This document shows positions 51,501-63,774 of a DNA stretch of 64,000 nt, one piece after another. Origin of the DNA: Mytilus californianus (taxonomy: Eukaryota); the NCBI RefSeq assembly GCF_021869535.1, contig NW_026262734.1, forward strand, positions 40,024,487 through 40,088,486. The letters run 5' to 3'. How positions within the stretch are numbered: the stretch's first letter is position 1; each line of letters begins with the position of its first letter. Position numbers and translations under genes: made by a program. The notes under the pieces were generated by a model. The model did not search any database and had not been told where the DNA came from. It was given only the letters and a program-made list of their open reading frames with translations.

Positions 51501-51559
51501 ATCTGTGTCCACATGTGGACACTATCCACATTTATTTTTCTTATTATGAGTAATAGGAT

Positions 51560-52400
51560 AACTATATTTAGTATGTGCGTACCTTGCAAGGTCCTCATGC
51601 CCGTCAGACAATTTTCAATTGACCTCGACCTCATTTCATGGATCAGTGAACAAGGTTAAGTTTTCGTGGTCAAGTCCATATATCAGATACTATAAGCAGT
51701 AGGTCTACTATATTTGGTATATGGAATGATTGTAAGGTGTACATGTCCAACTGGTAGGTGTCATCTGACCTTGACCTCATTTTCAGGGTTCAGTAGTCAA
51801 AGTTAAGTTTTTGTGTTTTGGTCTTTTTTTCTGATACTATATGCAATAGGTCAACTATAAATGGTGTATGGAAATATTTTGGATATACATGTCAGTCTCA
51901 CAGGTTTTATTTGACCTTGACCTCATTTTCATGGTTCATTTCTCAGTGTTAAGTTTTTGTGTTTTGGTCTGTTTTTCTTCAACTAGAAGCAATAGATCAA
52001 CTATATTTGATGTATGGAAGGATTGTAAGGTGTATATGTCTGTCTGGCAGGTATCATCTGACCTTGACCTTATTTTCATGGTTCATTGGTCAATGTTAAG
52101 TTTTCATGGTTAAGTCTGTTTCTTAGATACTATATTTAATGTCTAAATTGATTGTAAGGTGTACATGTCTGTCTGGCATGGTTCATCTGACCTTGACCTC
52201 ATTTTCATGGTTCATTGGTCATATGTTAAGTTTTCTTGTTTAAGACTGTTTCTTAGAAACAATAAGCAATAGGTCAACTATGTTTGGTTTATTGAATGAT
52301 TGTAAGGTGTACATGTATTTCTCGCTTGGTTTATCTGACCTTGACCTCATTTTCTTGGATCATGTTAAGTTTATATTTTTATTTGTATTTAGGACTATCA
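51560..52400 (+). repeat. ~150-bp tandem satellite x6
   Basis: gattgtaaggtgtacatgtctgtctggca(g/t)g...tcatctgaccttgacctcattttcatggttcat...gttaagttttc recurring; produces the repeated DLDLIFMVH ORF 51868..52113. Confidence 0.8.
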
Positions 52401-52460
52401 ACATAAAATCAATGGTTAGTAAAGAAGGCGAGACATTTCAGCGTGTTCACTCTTGTTTTT

Positions 52461-54035
52461 ATACTACTGCAAAAAAAATTTTGCGTCGTATAATGCTATG
52501 ATGTCGTCGTCGTCCGAAGACACATTTGGTTTCCGGACAATAACTTTAGTTTAAGCTAATGGATCTCTATGAATTTTTTACCAGAAGGTTCAATACCACA
52601 AAAGGAAGGTTGGGATTGATTTTGGGGGTGATGGTACCAGCAGTTTAGGAATTGGGGAACAAAAACAAGCATTTTTGTAGTTTCCGGACAATAATGTGTG
52701 TGTAAGTGTATGGATCTGTACCACAAGGTTTCATAACACAATGGGAAGGCTGGGATTGAGTTTGGGGTTAAATGCCCCAAACGTTCAGGAATTAGGGGCA
52801 AAAAAGGGGTCAAAAACAAGCTTTTTTCTAGTTTCCAGACAATAACTTGTGTTTAAGTGTATGGATCTCTCTAAAATTGTACTACAAGGTTCCATACCAT
52901 ATAGAGAAGGCTGGGATTGAGTTTCGGGGGGAATTTCTCCAAAAAGGGGGGGGGGTCAAAAAGATTTTTTTTCCAATTTTTTTTTTGGGGGGGGGGGGTT
53001 CATTTTTTTTCTTCAAAATGTTTGAAATTTCAAATTTTTGAAATCTTCAATTGCACAGTATTGCACAATAGCAAGAAATCTTCAATTGGACAGTATTGCG
53101 CAATAGCACAGTATTGTACAATAGTATAGTATTGGGCAAAAGCAAGAAATCTTCAATTGCACAGTATTGCGCAATAGCACAGTATTACACAATAGCACAG
53201 TATTGCGCAATAGCAAGAAATCTTCAATTGCATAGTAGTGTGCAATAGCACAGTATTGTGCAATATCACAGTATTGCGCAATAGCAAGAAATCTTCAATT
53301 GCACAGTATTGCGCTATAGCAAAAAAATCTTCAATTGCACAGTATTATGCAACAACACAGTATTGCGCAATAGCAAGAAATCTTCAATTGCACAGTATTG
53401 CACAATAGCAAGAAATCTTGAATTGCACAGTATTGCGCAATAGCAAGATATCTTCAATTGAAAACAAATACAAATGTTTTAACCAATATCGATGGGATTA
53501 ATTAAGTCTTTAATTTTTGGGGGTTCTAGCCTTGTATAATTTTTTTGGATATTGGGCCCCATTTTTAAATTGTTCTACATTGAGGTCAAAAGGGTCCAAC
53601 ATTAAACTTTGTTTGATTTCATCAAAAACTGAATTATTGCGGCTGTATGATTTGCTGAATCTTATTGTGCATTAAGATTTTTATTATGGGCCCTGTTTTC
53701 AAATAAGTTCATATTAAGATTTGAAGGGTCCAAAATGAAACTTTGTTTGATTTCAACTAAAATTAAATTATTGGTGTTTTTTTATATGCTGAATCTAACC
53801 ATGTTGTTAGATTTTGGATATCAGACCATTCTAGGTAAATTAAATGTCCCATTTCAAATTTTTAAGATCTTTGACCACATTTATTTTGTGTCAGAACCTA
53901 TATTATAAAAATTTGATCACAATCCAAATTCAGACAGTATCAAGCTTGAATATTGTGTCCAAACTTGCCCCAACTGTTCAGGGTTCGACCTCTCGGTCGT
54001 ATCAGGCTGCGATCTGCGAAGCATTTTATTATTGT
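52461..54035 (-). mobile_element. Composite hairpin-ended element, copy E7
   Basis: Degenerate hairpin atactactgcaaaaaaaattttgcgtcgtata. Three ~160-bp units. G/T homopolymers at 52925..53010. 35-bp satellite x12 at 53035..53460. ~133-bp satellite at 53520..53830. Terminus ccccaactgttcagggttcgacctctcggtcgtatcaggctgcgatctgcgaagcattttatt. Confidence 0.75.
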
Positions 54036-54250
54036 ATTATCTTTCCTTTTCGTTTTGGTATTCCCCCGCCATAGCGGAGGGAGCATTAATTTTTACCCTT
54101 GTCCGTCTGTACATTTCAAAATTGGTTTCCGTTCTCTAACTTTAGTTTGCCTCAACCAAATGTTTTGAAACTTATACACAATGCTTATTACCACAAAACA
54201 TAGATCAAGTTTCAATTTTACCTTTCTAGAGTTTTGCCCTTCACAAATGG

Positions 54251-55947
54251 AATAAAATGCTCCGCTGGGCGCAGCTTGATACGACCACATTCAAGCCTGA
54301 TGCAGCACTGAATTAGGATTGTGATTAAATATTTGACACAGAATGAATGTGGTCTAAGAACTTAAAAAAAATTTAATTTACCTATTCAAACCATTTCATT
54401 ATTATTTGTTTTTGTATATAAATCAGAAAAAATCAATTTAAAATGGAAAATTTTAAAGAAAAAAAAGGAAAAAAAGGAAAAAAAAATCCCTCCCCCAAAT
54501 TTTTTGAACCCCCTTATGATTCATCACCCCTAAACTCAATCCCAACCTTCCCTTTGTGGTATGGTACCTTGCAGTACAATTTCAGAGAGATCCATACACT
54601 TGAACACAAGTTATTGTCTGGAAACTAGAAAAATGCTTGTTTTTTTGCCCCTTTTTGGCCCCTTATTCCTAAACGTTTTAGGCAATTACACCCAAACTCA
54701 AACCCAGCTTTCCCTTTGTGATATGGAACCTTGTACTACAATTTCAGAAAGATCCATACACTTACACACAAGTTATTGTCCTGAAACTAGAAAAATGCTT
54801 GTTTTTTGTCCCTTTTTGGCCCCTAATTCCTAAAATTTTGAGGCAATTACCCCCAAAATCAATCCCAGCCTTCCCTTTGTGGTATGGTAGGTTGCAGTAC
54901 AATTTCAGAGAGATCCATACACTTGAACACAAGTTATTGTCTGGAAACTAGAAGAATGCTTATTTTTGGCCATTTATTCCTAAACGTTTTGGGCAATTAC
55001 ACCCAAACTCAATTCCAGCTTTCCCTTTGTGATATGGAACCTTGTAGTACAATTTCAGAAAGATCCATACACTTACACACAAGTTATTATCATGAAACTA
55101 GAAAAATGCTTGTTTTTTTACCCCTTTTTTAGCCCCTAATTCCTAAAATTTTGAGGCAATTACCCCCAAAATCAATCCAAGCCTTCCCTTTGTGGCATGG
55201 TAGGTTGCAGTACAATTTCAGAGAGATTCATACACTTGAACACAAGTTATTGTCTGGAAACTAGGAGAATGCTTATTTTTGGCCCCTTATTCCTAAACGT
55301 TTTAGGCAATTACACCCAAACTCAATTCCAGCTTTCCCTTTGTGATATGGAACCTTGTAGTACAATTTCAGAAAGATCCATACACTTACACACAAGTTAT
55401 TATCATGAAACTAGAAAAATGCTTTTTTGCCCCTTTTTTGGCCCCTAATTCCTAAAATTTTGAGGCAATTACCCCCCAAATCAATCCCAGCCTTCCCTTT
55501 GTGGTATGGCAGGTTGCAGTACAATTTCAGAGAGATCCATACACTTGAACACAAGTTATTGTCTGGAAACTAGAAGAATGCTTATTTTTGGCCCTTTTTT
55601 TGGCCCCTTATTCCTAAACGTTTTGGGCAATTACACCAAAACTCAATTCCAGCTTTCCCTTTGTGATATGGAAACTTGTGGTATAATGTCAGAGAGATCC
55701 ATACACTAACACACAAGTTATGACTGGAAGTTACAAAAATGCTTATTTTGTCCCCTAATTCCTTAACTGTTAGTACTATAACCCCCAAAATCAATCCCAA
55801 CCTTTCTTTTGTGGTATTGAACCTTATGGTAAAATTTCATAGAGATCCATTCACTTAAACTAAAGTTAGAGTGCGAAAAACAATGTGTCTTCGGACGACG
55901 ACGACGACGCCAACGTCATACCAATATACGACCGCAAAATTTATTTG
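54251..55947 (+). mobile_element. Composite hairpin-ended element, copy E8, head-to-head with E7
   Basis: Terminus aataaaatgctccgctgggcgcagcttgatacgaccac (internally deleted). Nine ~160-bp units at 54530..55850. (GAC)n tract. Hairpin atatacgaccgcaaaatttatttgcggtcgtata at 55915..55947. Confidence 0.8.
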
Positions 55948-56924
55948 CGGTCGTATAAAAATTGCTGAATTTTTCGTTCCCATTCTCTAACGTAAGTTTG
56001 CCTAAACCAAATGTTATGAATCTTATACACAATGCTTATTACCAAAAAACACAGATCAAGTATGAATTTTGGTGGCGTCCCTTTTACTGTTCTAGAGTTA
56101 TTCCCCTTTACAAATGGAAAAATTGCTTAATTTTCATTTCCGTTCTCTAACTTTAGATTGCCTCAACCAAATGTTCTGAAACTTATACACAATGCTTATT
56201 ACCACAAAACTCAGATCAAGTACGAATTTCGGTAGCGTCACTTTTACCGTTCTTGAGTTATGTCCCTTTATAACGTGATATGCAAGCGGGAGCATCATCT
56301 ATGTCCCATGGACACATTCCCCCACCGTTCCCCATTTATTAACAACTGATCGAGAAATTAAAGGGGACAGTGTTGACATCTGAAATAAGTCTGTTACATT
56401 TTTATTCAGGAACCTCGTCATTTTTTGTTGTATGTCATATCAATATTGATGTTTTCGCTATTTGAAGAATTGGTTTTTAGAGACAGATCTTTTGATTGGC
56501 TGTCGTTGAGTGTTACTCGTTAACACTGTACCGATTTAAACATTGTCAAGTTACTTTGGGGACACTTCTTTTTTACGTACTGATGAGTTATTTCGAATCT
56601 GATTGGTCAACCGACAACTGAGGATTTCGTTATACTTTGGAACTCATGTAAACCCGATAGAAATAATGCAGTTTAAAACATTTACCGTATCGGTAAGCTT
56701 TATTTATAGGCACTGGCTACGATTACGTTGAAATGTAAGATCATGTAACAATAGTTAAAAAGTTATTATTACGTTGGACACTAATTGCTGGAATGATTTG
56801 TTGGGTAAGGAACCGATTAATTACGAACGTGACAATAACATTTGTTTCTACGGTTACGTTGCGTTATTGTTCGTTAGATTTATCAACTTTTAACCTACTA
56901 TAGTTTTGTTGCTTAATTCTTAGA

Positions 56925-57060
56925 TAAACTTGATAATAATAATAATAATAATAATAATATTAATAATAATAATAATAATAATAAAGATATTAATAATAAT
57001 TATTATTAATATTATTAAAATTATTTTTTTATCATTATTATTATTAATTATTATTCCACA
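56925..57060. repeat. (AAT/ATT)n microsatellite
   Basis: aataataataataataataataatattaataataataataataataataaag... Confidence 0.95.
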
Positions 57061-57999
57061 AATAAAAAAAGTTCGATGAAAACTGGTCCAGATTCGATGC
57101 GCATTGAGTGGTAAAGATATGATTGAGAGAGATGTTATCAGGGAAGAAAAACCAAATGCACCAATACTGATATGTCTCACGTTGTCATGTATTACGGACA
57201 TTCAAGAGAGACGTTACTACCGAGGAGCTAGGAATATCAAAAGACGAACATGTTTTGGCTCTTGAATTGCTTCAGAAAATGGCTTATGCTAGGTCAGAAG
57301 ACAGCTACTCAGAATTTTACCAAGAAGTGAAAGACACAAATCTCGAATAAATAAAAAACAAGAGTGAAAAAAAAGTAATTTAATGGCACTATTAATTAAT
57401 TTTACAATACTTGATTAACTGTTCAAACGTACTGTCGCCAATAAGAACGAAATTGCGATCACAAAACATCTGGACTCTGAAAATGAAAATAGGTTCATCT
57501 CCAGCTAAACACTGTTGATACCTGTCGGCAAATGTCAAAATCAATTGCCTTCACAAATAGTTCTCGGCTTGTATTTTTAAGTTTTATTGTTTATTATTTT
57601 CCATTTCAGCCATGCTAAGTTGGATATTGAAATCAGAGATGAACATTACATCAGTAATGGACGGAAATGAGAAAACATAAAACAAGATTACATGTTTCCA
57701 ACAAAAATTTTGGACGAAAATATAATCATTTCAAAAATAAAAAAATATTTTTCACCTGAAGTATGGCAGACATTGAAAGTTGCTATAACTTCAAAAAGGG
57801 ATATTGCAAAGTGGAACTGTTTAGTTTTCAAAACCGACGTGCACATTGCTGCATCACTCTGGACTAAGTAGATTCACCTAAAATGCGTTGGATAAAACAT
57901 GCTCCTTAAAGCACATACTGATTGTGAAGAAGTTGCCATTGTACATAAATAAAAAAAAATGTATGCAATATTGTAGCATTGCAGTGTTTACGAATAAAA

Positions 58000-58240
58000 G
58001 TTTTCAAGTTGTATTTTAATACATATTACTAATCCCATCATACATTGAAGTGCATTAACGTAACAATAACACAACATAATTCAAGTTGTATTTTAATACA
58101 TATTACTAATCCCATCATACATTGAAGTGCATTAACGTAACAATAACACAACATAATTAAAGTTGTATTTTAATACATATTACTAATCCCATCATACATT
58201 GAAGTGCATTAGCGTAACAATAACACAACATAACCGTAAA
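58000..58240. repeat. 77-bp tandem repeat x3
   Basis: ttcaagttgtattttaatacatattactaatcccatcatacattgaagtgcattaacgtaacaataacacaacataa x3. Confidence 0.9.
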
Positions 58241-58559
58241 CACAAATATTATTGTTACATTCGCAATTAATCGTTTCCTAACCCAACCTAGCATTCCGGG
58301 AATTAGTGTCCAATGTAACAATAACTTTTTTATTATTGTTACATTTCAACGTAATCGTAGCCAGTGCCTTAGGTATATGACTATTGTAGGCATGAGCTAG
58401 CATCGATCATTTTGTATCAATATCGTATATTCTGGTTAATCGCAAGTACACTGCAGAAAAAGATACTATAGACAATATTGATTTCTATGCAAATAAAAAC
58501 AATTGCAAAGAGAGCCGTCAAATTATAATTGGTATCAACTGGTTCAGATGTAATACAGT

Positions 58560-59400
58560 TCATGAATATATTATTCTGGTCCAAATTTTTTGGATTTTTT
58601 TAATAGTTAGTCCTCGAGCATCGTTGAAGTGTCATTAATTGTCGAAATACGCATCTGATTCAGTGAAATTGGCAATGTTGATATTTTACTATCACTAGGT
58701 TGGTACCTTTGCTGGTGGACTGTCGGTCTCGGTGGTATCACTAGCCCAGTAGCCAGTACTTCTATTGGCATGAAAATACGGATATTGTTTTTGATGGAAA
58801 TTTGCCTGTAATAAAATTTTGGAAAACATTTTAAATTAAGGAATATATCTCCCTCATGCTAAGCCCGGATTCCATATCCGGATTTGGCTATACTTAAGGT
58901 CCATCTTGGTTTGATCATCTCTTCAACGTTTGTATTAGGATTTGGATTTTTAAAATATTTGGCTGGAGCACCACTGAAGAGACATTAATTGTCGAAACGC
59001 AAAATATTTACCGTTAATGTTATAACTACCACTGGGTCGATAATTCGGCTCGTTCACGGTTAGTCATCGAAGGTATCACCAGCCAAGTTGTCAGGTCTTC
59101 GATATTGGCATGAACATACGGATATTGTTTTTGATAAAAAATTGCTGTTATAAAGTTTGGAGATTATTTTAAGATAAGGAATATGTCTCCCTCATGAAAA
59201 GCCCGGTTTCTTTGTCTGGATTTTGGGTTTCTTTAGGTCCGTTTTGGTTTGATCAGCTCTTCAACGTTTGTATAAGAATTTGGATTTAAACATGCTGGCC
59301 TCTAGCATCACTGAAGTGACATTAAAAGTCTAAATGCGCATCCGGTGTAGTAATTTTGTACCGTTAGCGTTATTGAAAGTTAATTTAAATTTGCATGCAC
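58560..59400. repeat. ~335-bp tandem repeat x2.5; inverted partial copy at 59815..59885
   Basis: Shared blocks tctccctcatg(c/a)(t/a)aagcccgg(a/t)tt, ggtttgatca(t/g)ctcttcaacgtttgtat, cactgaag(ag/tg)acattaa..gtc(g/t)aaa, attggcatgaa(a/c)atacggatattgtttttgat. Confidence 0.75.
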
Positions 59401-60711
59401 GTTTTGTTTACAGGAACAGCATTAACACAGTTCTAAGTGGTCAATAGCCTTATTATTAAAGTTGCGTCAAATTTGCATTCATCTTTTGACTGTATAATGT
59501 GTATTATCTCCAAGCAAGTAAAAGAGAGGCGAAAGACACCAAAGGGACATTCAAACTCATATAAGTCGAAAATAAACAGACAACGCCATGACAAAAAAAG
59601 AAAAAGACCAAAAGACAAACAATAGGACACAAAACACTACACAGAAAACTAAAGACAGAGCAACACGAACCACACCAAAAACCAGGGTGCATTAAAATGC
59701 ATTAAAACCCCCAAAGTTAATTAGCAGTCAAAGTATTCGATGAATGAAATATTTTTATACGATTTTCAATTAATAATTACATAAACGGTACCATTTTTGT
59801 TTCTGCACTAGATGCACATTTCGACAATCAATGTCTCTTCAGTGATGCTCGAGGCCAAAATATTTGAAAATCCAAAGCTTATTAAAAAGATGAAGAGCTA
59901 TAAACCAACAGGACAACAAATGTTAAACGTGCACAAAGGACTAAGTAATAAGTGTATATGCATGCATTGGTTTAATTGTTTCCTTAAATTTTAATCACCA
60001 ATAACTCGTTTCATATCACCTTTATGCAAAATATTGTTTTCCCATCTAAAAACATATAAAAGAAAAATATTAAGAGACGAAACAACTTCGATGTGTATTA
60101 TTTTCACCCTATAACTGTTGTATGTTGTACTGTAACTATTGTTAGTTTGTTTACATTAATGTGACTTTTGCATCATGCATGATGATCATATAAATCGCAA
60201 AATTAAAACATATTTGTTATACTTAAATGCAAGTCTTTCACGATAGACACATGATTCATATCTCGTGTATTATTGGAATAATAATTAAGTATTGAAAAAG
60301 ACAAGTGTCCGATATTTGATTTAAGCAAGCCTAAAAGATGTGCAAAACCGTCCTTATAGAAAATCACATTTTTAATGAGAAGTTGGGACGAGATTGGTGT
60401 ACGTGTACGTGGCCTTGAACTCCATTAAAACTCGTATTTAAACTACGAAAACTACAAACTTAACTTGAACAATCAAAATATGATTTATTTTGAAGTATCT
60501 ATCCATTAATGGTTGATTTTATAGTGTTATCTTTTATATAGACGACATATATTATAATTTTGTTTGACTGAATTTTAAATAGCGCATAAGTGCTGTATTC
60601 TTCGTCTTACATGCTATTTTTCGTGCTCTACTATTCCTCTATATCGAATTCAAACCCGTTTTCTAGTACGCTTTCCTCAAATAATTGTTTCCAATTAAAA
60701 ATGCAAGCCCG

Positions 60712-61725
60712 ATAAAAAATAAACTGCTTCGCCAAGCGCAGCTGGATACGACCGCAGAGGTCCAACCCTGAACAGTTGGGGCAAAAATAGACACAATTTT
60801 CAAGCTTGATACTGGTCTGCATTGGATTGTAATTGAATATTTGACACATTATAGGTTTCTGACACAGAATAAATGTGTCAAAGAACTTGAAATTGGTTGT
60901 ATGATTTGAATTTATATTCAATTGAAGATTTCTTGCTGTTGTGCAATACACTGTGCTGTTGCGCAATACTTAGTAAATCTGTTTTCAGACTATATACAAA
61001 GAATTAGCAAAATAAATTGTGACCCCCAATTTTTTCTTTGGAAAATAGACAATTTCTAAAATCTTGAGGGAAAAAAAATTGACCCCCACCTAAAAAAATT
61101 GGTTTACCCCCCCCCCCCCCCCCCCCCTTTTCCAAAAAAATTAATATTTGAAGAGAATTTTATTTTGAGGAAAAAAATTGCCTCCCCTAAAAAAAATATA
61201 AAATTTAACCCCCCCCCCCCCCTCCTTTCCAAAATAATTAATTTTGATTAAATTTTCTTTTTGTAAAATGTGATACAAATTAAGAGACATCCATACACTT
61301 AAACACAAGTTATTGTCTGAAAACTAGATTTATTTTTGTTTTAGACCCTTTTTGGCCCCTAATTCCTGAACGGTTTGGGCAACTACCCCCAAAATGAATC
61401 CCAACCTTCTACTTGTGGTATTGAAACTTTTGGTACAATTTCAGAGCAATCAAAATACTTATACACAAGTTATTGTCCTGAAACTAGAAAAATGCTTGTT
61501 TTTGCCCCTTTTTGGCCCCTAATTCCTAAACGGTTGGGACCATGATCACCCCCAAAAACAATCCCAACCTTGCTTTTGTGGTATTGAACCTTTTGTTAAA
61601 TTTCAAAGAGATCCATACACTTAAACTAAAGTTATTGTCCGGAAACCAAATGTCTTCGGACGACGCTGACGCCGACGACGACGTGATACCAATATACGAC
61701 CGCAAATTTTTTTTGCGGTCGTATA
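60712..61725 (+). mobile_element. Composite hairpin-ended element, copy E9
   Basis: Terminus aaataaactgcttcgccaagcgcagctggatacgaccgcagaggtccaaccctgaacagttggggcaaa. 35-bp satellite fragments. C20+ homopolymers at 61115..61140 and 61210..61225. 2.5 ~160-bp units. (GAC)n. Hairpin atatacgaccgcaaattttttttgcggtcgtata at 61693..61725. Confidence 0.75.
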
Positions 61726-62294
61726 AAAACCACAAGAACTTTGGACGAAAGAAGTAATTAATATATATCAATTCTCTTCTAAAAATAACAAATTGGTAAT
61801 GAGTTTCGTATAGGACGTTGAGAAAGCAACAAATAAGCAAATTCTATATCAATCAATCGAATTGCTGAATAAACTCATCATAGATACCAGGATTCCAATT
61901 TTGTACACCAGGCACACCAAAGCCAATGTTGCATAACTGTTTGCTCTTAATGGAATTTTATGCGACTGTCATACAAGTGAGAGGTTTAGCTAGCTATAAA
62001 ACCAGGCTTAATCCACAATTTTCTACATAAATGCCTGCACCAAGTCAGGAATATGACAGTTGCTTTCCATTTGTTGGATGTGTTTGAGCTTTTGATTTTG
62101 CCATTTGATAAGGGACTTTCCATTTTGAATTTTCCTTGGAGTTCGTTATTTTTGTTATTTTACTTTTTACCTGAATTTTTAATACCATATTTGGTGAACC
62201 GTGATTCGCCGAGGTTATCAACAGTACCAACCGTTCTTTAGACATCGTTTATTGATATAACAAGCATTTTGAGAGTATAAATTGCATGGCAATA

Positions 62295-62835
62295 CATAGT
62301 CCCCTACCGGTTAAGAATTTATTGTACTGGAACAAAATGCTAACTTGATCTATAACTTGTCATGGTGTAAACTATATAACAAATATCAAGTCAATATCTT
62401 CAAGCATGATGAAAAAAAATATTGTTTATATATTTACTGATTATTTGAGTGAATTTACTAAGTCCAAGGACCATAACTCTGCACAAAATCATCAGACCGG
62501 AACAAAATTCGATCTTGATCTGTAACTTGATAAGATAAAACTATATACCAATTATTAAATCAATATCTTCAAGCATGACGAAAAAAATTGTGGAAAACTG
62601 ATTATTTGAGTGAATTTTCTAAGTCCAAGGACCATAACTCTGGATAAAATCATCAAACCAAAACAAAATTCGAACTTGATCTGTAACTTGTCATGATAAA
62701 ACTATATACCAAGTATCAAATCAATAACTTCAAGTGTGAAGAAAAAGAGTGTGGAAAACTTATTTGCCGGACTGACGGATGGACAAACAGACAGACAGAG
62801 TGAAAACCTAAAGTCCCCTTCGACTTCGTCGGTAG
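62295..62835. mobile_element. Short-TIR element with internal ~125-bp tandem repeat x3
   Basis: Ends catagtcccctaccgg ... cgtcggtaggggactaaaaatag (12-bp inverted termini). Internal units taagtccaaggaccataactctg(c/g)a(c/t)aaaatcatca(g/a)acc(g/a)(g/a)aacaaaattcga(t/a)cttgatctgtaacttg. Confidence 0.6.
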
Positions 62836-63774
62836 GGGACTAAAAATAGGGTTCATTCCCTCTATTCCCACTTTTTATAAATCTGGTAAGAAAAGTTAAT
62901 ATTTCATGTGGGAATAGGGGGAAAACTTGTGCAAACAAAGGATTATACTGTACAAACATTTTTTAATCAACTGTTAATTGACCAGTGTTTTTTTTATTAG
63001 GACAGGTAATAAGTTATTTTTGCATCTGTATGAATTCTGTTTTTTTTTAAACAAAATAAATATGAAAGAAATTAAAATATATGATTTCTTTTATAACACA
63101 AATTCAACTGCAGATTCAAGCAAGCATAATATAACACAAATTATACAACAGCACTAAATCAAATCACACATTCTAGCACATACATTAGACAATCACTGTA
63201 TACAAGTCTATTAAAGTTTATCAATCTATTCCACGTGAACAAGGTGGGAGGCTGCATCACCAAACTCTAACTCAGTCAATTAAAATTAATCAAATCTGAT
63301 TGCTCGTGCTTTGAAGTAAAGTTAACAGTTTTCACCCATTATTTTACGTCTTTGGTTATTGGTCCAAGTAATTATATTTTTAGAGTATACTTTTGTTCCA
63401 CATCTTAAGATTATACTTGGTTATAATATTATTTTATATCATGATTTATTTGTACAGCAGACAATTCTTTAAGGTTATAAATTCAAAAATTTTAAAATAA
63501 ATCTTACTTCAATCTATTTATCATAATTATTCTTTATTTTTAAATATATCTTTGACGAAAAAAGAAATAAACTAGGTATTATACATAAACAGTGTACCAA
63601 ATATGTTATGTTTTAAAAAAAAATACAGGTAAATCTTAGGTGAAATTCTAATTAACCTTGATTGTTATAAAAACAAATTATTTATCAAAACATCTATTGT
63701 TATTTGCATGTGGGAATAGAAGGAATAGTATTTTTAAAAAGTGGGAATAGGAGGAAGACACCAAAAATAGGAGG

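Larger units (their letters stand above)
56706..58378. mobile_element. Long-TIR element (~150-bp inverted arms, 1.7 kb overall)
   Basis: Left arm ataggcactggctacgattacgttgaaatgtaa...ttacgttggacactaattgctggaatgatttgttgggtaaggaaccgattaattacgaacgtgacaataacatttgtttctacgg. Right arm (58234..58378) is its reverse complement, ~88% identical. Interior holds an (AAT)n microsatellite, unique sequence and a 77-bp tandem. Confidence 0.7.

Noticed and set aside
59437-59692. Overlapping 62-65-aa ORFs on both strands
   Set aside because: A/C-rich low-complexity DNA (aaagacaaacaataggacacaaaacac...) gives Lys/Arg-rich and Cys/Phe-rich artefactual frames.
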